Source: Felis catus
Taxonomy: Eukaryota
DNA: 64,000 nucleotides
Direction of reading: 5' to 3'
NCBI RefSeq assembly: GCF_018350175.1
Contig: NC_058382.1
Coordinates: 51,152,001-51,216,000, forward strand
Of this stretch, positions 26,691-36,990 are shown one piece after another. The notes beneath the pieces are model-generated. The model saw nothing but the letters and a program-made list of their open reading frames with translations, did no database searches and was not told the DNA's origin. The stretch's first letter is position 1, and every line of letters begins with the position of its first letter. A program made the translations under genes and the position numbers.

Positions 26691-26723
<33 letters not shown>
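26691..26723. repeat. A33 homopolymer inside the 5' UTR-derived part of the retrocopy
   Basis: Direct reading. Confidence 0.9.
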
Positions 26724-26724
<1 letters not shown>

Positions 26725-26786
26725 AAGGAATCGTGAGAATGGCCCCACACAGCAAAAACGGCCTTGCAGGCCCCGTCTATACTTAC

Positions 26787-27269
26787 CTTGAGAGGGACAC
26801 AGCGGCCTCAGGCCTCGGGACCCAGACCTTCTAACAGAGCCGGACTGAAGTCTACAATTTCGACGGCGGCTGCAACTCTGCGACCTTGCCACGACCCTGT
26901 TGTCGAGCCAAATGCTGCCTGCACGAGCGCGAGGCTATCCTGGAGCACATTCTGCACCAGCCCGGAGGAGATCGCTGGCAGCTGCAGGCCCACGAGAGCA
27001 GCGGGGAGCCCGTTGTGAGCAACAGAAAGGGCTGCTGCGCGGCCTGTGACACAGGAGCAGGTGCCGGCTTCCCTGATGGGAGGTAGCCTTCGTCCAGCCC
27101 CTTCCTGCAGAAGCCCGCCTGCAGGAGCTGCCCAGATGATGCTCAACCCCCAAGCAAGGACAAGAACAATGCCTTTCCCAGCTTCAGAGTCCCGTCACTG
27201 CTCCGCCAAAGACCTCAGCCCTCGAGCCTGAGAAGCCGCCGCAGAGTGCGGAGGGGTAAAAGAGGAAAA
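26787..27269 (-). ncRNA. Candidate first exon of a minus-strand transcript (antisense to the retrocopy)
   Basis: Consensus donor TCAAG|GTAAGT (exon ends 26787). Pyrimidine tract TTTTCCTCTTTTACCCCTCC (27269-27250) just downstream of the NRF1 sites. The start site is inferred only. Confidence 0.5.
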
Positions 27270-27652
27270 CCACTGCGCATGTCAGACCTGACGCGCATGC
27301 TTCGCACGCCGCTCGATGGCTCCATGCACCACGCAGGGCTCACTGAGCTGTGAGAGCTGCGCATGCGCCGGTGGCCCGTCAGCGCTTGAGAGCCGTAGAC
27401 GGCGTGCTCCGACGTCATGCAGAATGCAGTGGCCCTAGGGTTCACCCTGGAGCGCGGGCGGAAGCTGATTCGGAAGGACACGTGGACGCCGGGAATGAGG
27501 GGAAGCCTGCAGGCCCGCCGCCACGTAGTGGTGCAATGGGTGGCACAGTGACTCCTCGGGCTCCGGAATGAAGGTGCTGGCGCAGAAGCCGTGGCCGGCG
27601 GCCGGGGAGGCGGGCCTGAGTGGGCAGGAAAAGGAATAAACCATCTTGAATG

Positions 27653-27653
<1 letters not shown>

Positions 27654-27683
<30 letters not shown>
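27654..27683. repeat. G30 homopolymer
   Basis: Direct reading; starts 13 nt after the retrocopy AATAAA. Confidence 0.9.
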
Positions 27684-27858
27684 CTGTGGAACCAGATTGC
27701 GTGAGTACAGATCCTGCCTCGCTGCTAGCTGGCTTGAGTAAGTTACCTTAACCACTTTACGCCTCGCTTTGTCTGTCTTTAAACTGGGGACATTAATGGT
27801 CCTCCTCAGAGGGCCAATGGGAAGATTCAATGAGTGAATACGAGAAGTGATCAGTACT
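27681..27858 (+). mobile_element. MIR (right flank of the retrocopy)
   Basis: gagtaagttaccttaacc...ctttaaactggggacattaat...gaagattcaatgag is the MIR core. Confidence 0.65.
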
Positions 27859-27899
27859 AATTCCAGTTTTTAATGGTAAATGGTCTTAATATTATACCC

Positions 27900-28433
27900 T
27901 TCAAAATATTGTTTGCTCTTTTCAGTAAATAGCATTTGTTTAAGTGGTTTGCTTCTACTCTCCCTGTAGTTATTCACAGTAGCTCTATAATTTATTAAAT
28001 AGCTTTCAACATCTATTGTTACCCTTTAGTTTGTTGTAATGAAATACGTTGATAAAGTTCCTATTTCTGAAGTTCTTACATTACTGAAATTAATCCCATT
28101 TGTTTCTATCATAATTTTATAAATGAATAGCTGGATTCAGATTTCTAATAATTTATTTGAAATAGTTGCTTCTATGTTTGTAATTGGAATTCATATTATT
28201 TTCTCTTGTGTGCTATCTTTACAATACTTGATAACTATGAATTAGGGATCTTTAATCTTTCTCTGTGGACTACAATTGTTTAGAATAACGTAGGAATTAC
28301 ATCATGTGTGAATTTAGATTAAAGTCGGCAGTAAAACCACCTAAATTTGCCACCAGATTGGCTAGGATTATTGGACTATTCAAATTATCTTTTTTTTATT
28401 TTTGAGAAAGAGAGGGAGTGAGAGGTGAGAGGA

Positions 28434-28482
<49 letters not shown>

Positions 28483-28860
28483 CTCAAGCAGGCTCCACAC
28501 TGGGAGTGGATTGACGTGGCGTGCAATCCCACAATCTTTGGATCATGACTTTAACCAAACCTGAAGTTAGGAGTCCAGTGCTCAACTGACTGAGCAACCC
28601 AGGCACCCCTGGACTGTCCAAATTTTCTGTCTCCTTTTGGGTCAAATGAGGTATTTTATGTTTTGGTAACAAGTTACCTGTTTCTCTTTGGTTGTCCTTA
28701 TTTATTATGGTAAGTTTGTACCAATGCTTTAATATACATCTTTAAGCTTTAGTGTATTTGAAGACTGTGTCTCATTATTAACCTTGTATATTCATTTTCT
28801 ATGTCTGTCTGTTAGGATTGCCAGGGATTTCCCTTTTTATTGTATTCTTAAAGAACAAAA
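27900..28860 (-). mobile_element. Old L1M ORF2 fragment with a nested SINE
   Basis: Degenerate T-rich antisense ORF2-like sequence; boundaries approximate. Confidence 0.5.
28389..28609 (-). mobile_element. Can-SINE (older) with (GA)n
   Basis: TSD-like tggact(at/gt)(t/c)caaatt. Confidence 0.85.
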
Positions 28861-28869
28861 TGTGTATTT

Positions 28870-29345
28870 TGTATCATGCAACATAGAACGTGTAGCATAT
28901 TACAACAAGTTAAGGAACCGTATCTTAAAAGTTCACTCTCTTTTCATGGAAAAGAGATCCATTGTGTCAGCACCTTGGTATCATCAAGGACCCAGACTTG
29001 TCTTCATGCTCGCATTCCCAACACCTGGCTTCCATCCTCATGATCCTTATTATTCACGATAACTGCTGGAGCTCTAATGATCAGAGTCACGTTTCTGGAC
29101 ATTAGCAAGTAGAAGACAGGCAGATAAGAGGGTCACTTTGCCAATGATTCAGCCCCCTTTCCTCGCCTTCCCAGAAGTTGCTGACCATACTTTTGTGTAT
29201 ATATCTGCCAGAACTTCTTCATAGAGCCACAGCATGATGCAAGGAGTGCTAGGAATGCAGCCTTTGTAGATTTTCATAAAAAAAAAAAAAAAAAAAAAAA
29301 AAAACAAAGTTCTATCCCTGCATGAAAGGACAGGAATGAATATTG
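28870..29345 (-). mobile_element. MaLR LTR (MLT1J-like)
   Basis: catcaaggacccagac...gataactgctggagctct...tgcaaggagtgctaggaatgcag. Confidence 0.5.
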
Positions 29346-30499
29346 AGTAGAACTGGAAGTGTGTTACAGTGTCACATATACTACCAAACATTTCTGCTTT
29401 CACTTCTACTAAAACTTTTCATATCTTTGATCTGAGTTCATTTATCTTCCTCGTTTTTATTGGTTGATTTTGATACTCACCTTTTAAAACCCGAGGTCAA
29501 ATGGTTTTTAGGGTTTTTGTCTTTTTAAAACAATATATGAGGAAACATTTGGGAATATAAATTTGAAATCCTGTGTCCTGCTGCTTCATTTGCTAGGTCT
29601 TAACCCTTACCTGTGGGTTAAATGTTCATGGAAGCGTCCACAGACAGCTGGAACTAAGAGCATTAGATTTTAGGGCTTATGTTCTTAGAACAAATATTCC
29701 CTGAGCTGGGTGGTTATGGGACATATTAAATCTCTCAAGCACACAGTCTTTCATATCATAATTTATTTAACAGATTGCCTATTGCCAGACATTTAGGGGT
29801 CTCCAATTCAAGATGCAAGCATCACTGTATTTGCCATCCTTATGACAGATCTTGTTGTGTAATTATTTCTGTAAGATTAATTTCTAGAAGGGGAATTGGG
29901 TGTAGAAAATAAAAATCTGATACCTATCAGAAAACAACTTCTCTGTTCGATTGTCATCTGTTCTCCAAAGTTTTCCATAAAATGTAAAATTGCTTTCTCT
30001 CCCACGCTTCTGGTGAGAGCATAACCTGCTAACACTGGTTTAGATAGCAGTGTGGTAGCATCAGCCAAAATTTAAATAGGCATAGCCACTGGTGCAGCAA
30101 ATCCTCTTCCCAGAGTCTTACTGAATTGCTTTTTTATGTACATAAATATACAATGTATGTGGTGAATCAGAAATATAGCCTAATAAGTAAACAATCACTA
30201 TGAAGATACATGCGTGTGCTTTGATTCCATTTTGTGAAATGAAACTGTATGTGTATGTCTAAGCCTTTTGTTAGGGCTCAAATGCAAGGTAAAGGAATGA
30301 GAAGGATATTGAACAAAGGCCATGGTTACTTCTGAGGAGCTGGACGGCCCCCGAGAGGGAGAATGTGGTACAGAGAAAGGTCCATGTTTAAGTTGATACC
30401 CTTTTGTATTACATTTATTTTTTCACTAAGGAGGTATTTTCATTTTATTATTAGAGAAAATAAGGTACTTATTAAAATTAGAGTGCTGGTATATACTTC

Positions 30500-30731
30500 T
30501 TTTTTTTTTTTTTTTAATTTTTTTTTTCAACGTTTATTTATTTTTTGGGACAGAGAGAGACAGAGCATGAATGGGGGAGGGGCAGAGAGAGAGGGAGACA
30601 CAGAATCGGAAACAGGCTCCAGGTTCTGAGCTATCAGCCCAGAGCCTGACGTGGGGCTCGAACTCATGGACCGCGAGATCGTGACCTGGCTGAAGTCGGA
30701 CGCCCAACCGACTGCGCCACCCAGGCGCCCC
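30500..30731 (-). mobile_element. Young Can-SINE (SINEC_Fc-type)
   Basis: TSD tatacttct. Confidence 0.95.
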
Positions 30732-32069
30732 TATACTTCTCAAGTTATCAATACTGTCATTCCACGATTTATGTATATTGCTTAGATTTTTATATGACTG
30801 CTTAATTTGTATTTCAGTGTCTCACCGTCATTGTCAAGGAGTTATGTTCTTTCTCTCTTTCTACTCTACTAGGACATAAGTTGGATGCTGTCACCCCAGG
30901 TGTCATAAAAAAAAATCCAATGAAAGAAGAAGGTATACTTTCACAGTGTCTCCACAAAAACAAACAAACAACAACAACAAAATTAGCAAACCACCCAGCA
31001 CTCTTCTCATCCATACCCATAAACACACATCACCTGGTCATAATTTTTCCCATGTCCCTTCCTAAACCAGCCCTTGACCAAGGGAATTAGTATCATGACA
31101 GGCTTAAGGAAGAACCTCACCATAAAAGGAAAAAAAGCTATGGGGGGTAATGGCTATTAAATAAGACACCAGCAAGTCTGGTATCATGGTAAAAGGGATC
31201 CCTCCTCCCCCATAATAAGTGCCTTCCCCTTTTCGATCTTTTTAAATTAATGATTCTAAAGTTTGGACCTCAAATCTTACAAGTGCACTTCCACCAGAAA
31301 GTCCAGTTGTCATGCGTCAGCCAGTGTGAGTTGTAGTTGTGAGCAGTTCATGCTGAAAGCACATGTGTCTGTCAAGGGTCTAGGAAGATTCCTTCTGCCC
31401 TGTATGTATCCACAGATTATGAAGTTCCAAAGGGAATTAATAGATTATCACACTTCATCTCAAAGACTATAAGATTTGATAAATCACAAAATAAATACAT
31501 AGTTTTAGAAATGTATCAACAGCTTGGACCCACAGCCCTTTGCTCCCAGAAAAGGAACCATCCAAATGCAGTAGTTACCATGCATTGGACTGGATGCAGA
31601 AAGTGAATTTAGACCAATAGAACTAATTCCATGGACAAGGTTGACCAAATATTCCTTCCCCCGTCGTAGGTTGGGCTTCCCACAGTCAAAGAAAACTTGA
31701 CACAAACATAACTATGCCTCGAATAAGGAGACCATCCTAATTTCTTCACCAAGCCACACAACTGGGTCATATTTCAGCAAAAAAAAATGTTAATGAGTTG
31801 CTAAAGACCAAGCATGGGCAAGTGTGAGAGTATAGAACTCCTGAGGTTCTCAGACACAAAGAGATTTTGTACCAACTCACAGGTTATTCTTCGTGGACAT
31901 CACTGGGTGCTTACAAGAAAGATGGAGGATGGGGTGGTACAAAAGGCATAAATCCCTACCCATTTCCTCTTCCCCTATGGGACAAACGTAACCATAGCAA
32001 CAAAAAAATGTACACCTAGCTCTGCTATTAAAGGTTACCATGGCAACAACAAAATGCACACATAGCTCA

Positions 32070-33140
32070 ACTACCGTTAAGGTTTTCTCTTTATCTTTGG
32101 TGTTTGGCAGTTTAAATGTAATGTGCCTGAGTGTGGTGTTCTCTGTAGCTCTTTGGCTTAGTGTTAATTGAAGTTCTTGGTCAATGGTGTAGTGTCTGTC
32201 ATCAGGTTTGGAAGTCTTGGCTCTCTTATTCATTGAAATATAATTTCTGTACATCTTCTCTCTTTCTGGTTTTCCAATGACACATATTTTAGACTTGTTG
32301 ACAGTGTCCTACATTTTGTTTATTTCTGTGTTTTTTTGTTGTTTTTCTTCATTCTTCATGCTTCATGTACATTTTCCTCTGCTTTGATATTTCTTCAGAT
32401 TTATTGATCCTGTCTTCTCTTGTGTTCATTTTACTGTTAAATCCATTCAAAGAGTTCCTTACTTCAAATACTGTATTTTATCATTTCTAGGACATTGATT
32501 ATTTTTATAGATCACAATTTTTGATTGAAATATTCAATGTTACATTCATTTTATTTTTTATACATTACCCACTTTTTTAAAGCCCTTTCCTGCCAACTTG
32601 GGATCACCTCTAGGTCTGTTTCTATTGACTATTCTATTTATAATTGGACACTTCTTACCATGTGTGGTTACTTTTTTATTGCATGCTAGACACTGTGAAT
32701 GAGACTGCATATTATGTTATCTTCTCCTAAAGAGTGTTGGCTTTTGTCCTAAGCGCAGTTGAAATACCAACAGATTGGGGCACCAGGGTGGCGCAGTCGG
32801 TTAAGCGTCCGACTTCAGCCAGGTCACGATCTCGCGGTCCGTGAGTTCGAGCCCCGCGTCGGGCTCTGGGCTGATGGCTCAGAGCCTGGAGCCTGTTTCT
32901 GACTCTGTGTCTCCCTCTCTCTCTGCCCCTCCCCCGTTCATGCTCTGTCTCTCTCTGTCCCAAAAATAAATAAACGTTGAAAAAAAAATTTTTTTTAAAA
33001 AAAAGAAATACCAACAGATCACTTTGTTTCTGGTGAGGCCCACTTTTAGGTTTCGTTAGGTTGGATGTACAACAGTTTTGTCCTAACGCATAATGTCTTT
33101 GCCCACATGGCATTGACTTTATGGGATCTCAACTGAATGT
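32070..33140 (-). mobile_element. Old L1M ORF1-region fragment with a nested SINE
   Basis: Minus ORF contains LRHITFKLPNTKDKEKTL, resembling the L1 ORF1 motif RHIIxKL..KDKEKIL. Confidence 0.6.
32777..33004 (+). mobile_element. Young Can-SINE (SINEC_Fc-type)
   Basis: TSD gaaataccaacagat. Confidence 0.95.
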
Positions 33141-33386
33141 CCTGGTTGATCATGTACTTTAAAAATAGTAATCATAATATTCTTTATCTGGCCCCTATAA
33201 ACTATAAACAGTTAAATTTTGTATTCATTATGTAAATGAACTTGAAGCATACACGACTGTTGGTAGGGGAACAATGCTGTTTAACTTGACCACTGCCGTT
33301 TAATTGATAATAACCATTGCATAAGGATAAAATAAATAACTCTTGACTTTGATGAGCACCTCATGTGAGACTAAAACTCGGTCCGA

Positions 33387-33605
33387 GGGACACCTGGGTG
33401 GGTCTGTCAGTTAAGTGTCTTGTCTCTTGATTTCAGCTCAGGTTCTCATCTCACAGTTTGTGGGATCGATCTCCGTGTCGGGTCGTGCACTGACAGCACA
33501 GAGTATGCTTGAGATTCTCTCTCTCCCTGTCTTTATGCCCCTCCCCGACTCATGCAGGCACTCTCTCTCTCAAAATAAATACGTAAATTTAAAAATTTTT
33601 AAAAA
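33387..33605 (+). mobile_element. Can-SINE (older)
   Basis: Diverged head, CT region, tail. Confidence 0.85.
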
Positions 33606-34121
33606 CTCTGAGTTCTTAAGTTAAGGCTTTAAAATTAAAACTAAACACATATTGGTTAGGAGAGTTTAGGTACGTGAAGATATAGATGTCAACAAGTCCG
33701 AGCATTTCTTAGTTCCATGACTGAAAACATGTCCCTGACCTTCACTGCCAGACAGGTCCTGCATTATCCCCATTATCCCCACTCAAGTCTGACACCAGTG
33801 AAAGAACATGAGAATGCAAAGTGGGCCCTCGCTAGGAAGGCAATGTACGTATACGAAGAATAATCAACTAAGAGCATGGGATTTAGAGCTCCAGGTCTTC
33901 CAGAAATACCTTGGGAAAAATTAAATATCTTGATTTCCTCTTTCCTGCTTTATTTTGATACTTCTGGAAACTGTATCTCTATAGCTTACTATCAGTTTTG
34001 TTTCCCTGAGGAATCAGAGCTGCTCAAGTAAACATGATAAATGATATTTTTTAAAATGTAGGACAAGAAAAAGGAAAATACTGGTGGTCTGTCTAGAACT
34101 AAAATTCATTTTACCTTACAG

Positions 34122-34242
34122 GTCTTCTAATTCCTGGCAATCATCCTTGAAGTTCAAGTTAGCCAGCAATTACTGAGTTTGGGAAACATGGAGAAGAATG
34201 ATACCAATTTTTAACTTACTAGCAACTGTCTCTTTCAGTTGG
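34122..34242 (+). other. Candidate internal exon (121 nt) of a plus-strand transcript
   Basis: Acceptor ttcattttaccttacag|, donor TGG|gtaagc. Confidence 0.35.
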
Positions 34243-35124
34243 GTAAGCACATATTTCACATCTTAATCATGTTGGACATCACTTGATGAATGGGATGTAT
34301 GAGACTTACTCCTAATATATGCTAAATGACAGAAGGTTGAAATCCATCAGAAGATTTACCAAGTGCTTCTTTGTATGGGATAAGAATCTGATTTGGCCCT
34401 TGGCATTCAAAAGTTCTAAGCTGTGGCAGGCAACCTGCTTAGAATATTAAATAAGTGTTGATCATATACAGGGCTGAGTAAAGCAGAAGTTAAGCATTTA
34501 ATTTAATAACATAGAATAAAGAAAATGTTTGTTTTTTTGGTAGTGTTACTCTCAGTTATTAATTGACTGCCAACCACATTCCAGACAGCAGATGATGAGG
34601 ATCATGAAAACAAGGACCAGGAAACACTGTGTAGCTCACAGCACATAAAATGTTGCTTGATTAATGAATGTTTGTTGAATCAGTAACAACCTGCTTGCCT
34701 TTTCCTATACATTATATCATTTTATCTCCAGAATTTCCCTGAAATGGATGTTTTATGCCCATTTCTTAAATGTTGAAATTGAGGCTTAAAGTAGGTAATG
34801 GACTTCCTTGGCCCAGGTACCAAAGCCGTGGGTGATCATGCGGAGCTCTCCCTACCTGTGCTGTGCTCGCTCACTCTTCTGGATCAGCAGGATGTAGTCA
34901 TTCAGGCTGAGGAGTGAGGAAGGGGTACAAGTTGGAACTGGTAAGTAAAGTAAATGTACCCTCTGAGAGGTGAGGTGAGGGTTTGTGAAACTTGTTGGAT
35001 TCCAGTAGTAGGAACGACAGAAAGACAAGTAACCATGGCAACTATGTGCAGAGGATGTCACTTGAGGAAGATGTGGAGGCAGAAAGGGGGCTCATTGAAG
35101 AAAACCTGGGTAGGAGATGGAGAG

Positions 35125-35985
35125 TGTGATATTGTGATGGACAGTAAGAAATCTATTTGGTTAGCAGCCTTTTCCTGGCTCACAGCTGTTAAAACCCTTG
35201 GAATTTCTTGTGCAGAGGGTGACAGAGGTGTCTTTCATTTTGTTACCAAGGTGACTTTTGAAATGTCCTTAGGTAACCTGAGGATGGGGAGCTGGTTGCC
35301 AGGAGAACCAACCACATGATTTGAGGGTTGAAACTTTCAGGACCTGGCGCCCCCGACCTCCAAGGCGAAGAGAGGGGCCAGGGTTTGAATCAATCGCCAT
35401 TGGCCAGCGATTTTAATCTGTCATGCCTATGGAATGAAGCCTCCATAAAAACCCAGCACAACAGGGTTCACATTGCTTCCAGGGGGGTGAATACGTGGAG
35501 GTGCTGGAGGGTGGCGCCCCTGGAAAGGGCATTGCAGCTCCCTACCCGGTTCCCACCCCTCACCCTCTGCATGTCTTCTGTCTGGCTATTCCTTATTAGC
35601 TCTATATTTTTGTAATAAACCAGTAATCCAGGAAGTAAAATGTTTCTCCTGAGTTCTTGGAGCCACTCTAACAAATTAATCAACTGTAGAGGCTCTTGGG
35701 AACTTCCAGTGTATAGCCAATCAGTGAGAAGTGCAAATAGTAGCTTGCAACTGGCATGTAAATGGGGCATGTAAATGGGGCTGGGGTGGGGGCTGGGGTG
35801 GGGGCTGGGGACAGTCTTGTAGGACTGAGCCTCTAACCTGTGGAATCTGATGCCGTCTCCAGGTAGATGGTGTCGGAATTGAGTTGAATTGTAGGACAAT
35901 CTGCTGGTATCCTGAGAATTTCTTGTTGGTGTGGGAAGCGCCCCCCCGCCCCCACCACATACACACATTGGAATTGGTACTAGAA
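35125..35985 (+). mobile_element. Solo LTR, MER21B/C-like
   Basis: Starts tgtgatattgtga; ggctggttgccagg; aataaacc; aggactgagcctctaacctgtggaatctgatgc. Confidence 0.8.
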
Positions 35986-36869
35986 CCTATTTAGAGAGAA
36001 AGCTTAATCATCCGAGGTGTCTGGGCAGAGGGCCTTGAGGCAAAAAGTGGCATCCTGAGAACTTGCTGTGAGTCTGTGTTAAAAAAGTTACTAAGCCAGT
36101 TATGAATGGAAAATGCAGCTCTTTAAGACAGGTGTGTGATTACCTAAATTTCACGGCTGCTCCCTGGTGGGCCCAACCCCAGATCTGGCCAAGTCATCTT
36201 TCCTTTGCCTTAAAAAAAAATGAAATGTGATGCCATGAGGTAGGGTCTGTATTCTTGAGACTGCCTACTATTCCCTCTTGACTCCTTAAACTGCCTCTCT
36301 ATCCCTTTAACCACCCAGTCTCAGGAATGCACACGGGCCTGCTCCTTCCCTATGGGGGCCCCAAACCTCAGTTCCCAAAGGAACAAAAATTAGGCCAGCA
36401 TGGAATAATTTTGTATTGGCTTGTTGGTGGATTTCTTTGGGTTCATCCTTGTTTTTTAGTAACTTCTTTCAACATGGCTTATAATTATGCAACTACAGTA
36501 CCTGCTAGAATCAATCAGCCTTCCAAACCCAAACACGTTCATCTTTATCCAAATGTAATTTATCTGAAATGCCATGTTGGTGTGAGAGTTATGCATTACT
36601 ACATAGGCTTCTATTTTCTTCTTAAATAATGAAATACCCTAATGGAAAATACTCCCTCTAAATAAATTTTAATGAGCACTTATTTGCCCAAATTGTTCTT
36701 TCTCTGAATGGCAAAAATTTAATATGAACTGGAATTATCAGGGGCTTTTTGTTATAATGGGCTTTGGGAATAAGTCATGCAAAGATGACTTATTTTCCTA
36801 TATCTTCCAAACTGTAAGTGCTGCCTTAACAACTTCCTGTCAAATGCAAAGTGAGTGTCAGTGTCTTAC

Positions 36870-36990
36870 CTTGCGTCTATACAGGAAAATGTCACATCAG
36901 AAATCATGCCAAGGTGTAAGATAATACAGGAGATTGAAGTGAACAAGAAACCTAATTGCTGTTGAAGGGCATATATCCCAGACTTTGCTG
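36870..36990 (-). other. Candidate internal exon (121 nt)
   Basis: Acceptor with a long T tract ending cttag|, donor CAAG|gtaaga. Confidence 0.4.

Larger units (their letters stand above)
26650..27653 (+). pseudogene. NOSIP: Processed pseudogene (retrocopy) of NOSIP (nitric oxide synthase-interacting protein); former CDS 26739-27619
   Basis: ATG at 26739 gives MAPHSKNGLAGPVYTYLERDTAASGLGTQ (NOSIP recalled as MTRHGKNCTAGAVYTYHEKKKDTAASGYGTQ). Collinear blocks in shifting frames: PCHDPVV, LHEREAILEHILHQ, PPSKDK..FPSFRVPSL, GKPLRMSDLT, TLERGRKLIRKD, GSGMKV. TGA at 27617, AATAAA at 27635. No introns. Premature TAA at 26832 and several frameshifts. The ~881 nt span matches a ~300 aa CDS. Confidence 0.93.
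26730..27700. promoter_or_regulatory. CpG island / candidate bidirectional promoter coinciding with the NOSIP retrocopy
   Basis: About 65-70 CpGs in ~930 bp (hand count) in a CpG-poor window. NRF1 consensus TGCGCATGCGC 27358-27368, partial copies 27274-27283 and 27292-27300. CRE-like CGACGTCA 27410-27417, ETS cores CGGAAG at 27459 and 27471, E-box CACGTG 27479-27484, GC box 27604-27614. Confidence 0.7.

Noticed and set aside
26739..27619. Functional NOSIP gene or retrogene
   Set aside because: Stop after 31 codons (26832-26834), multiple frameshifts and no introns.
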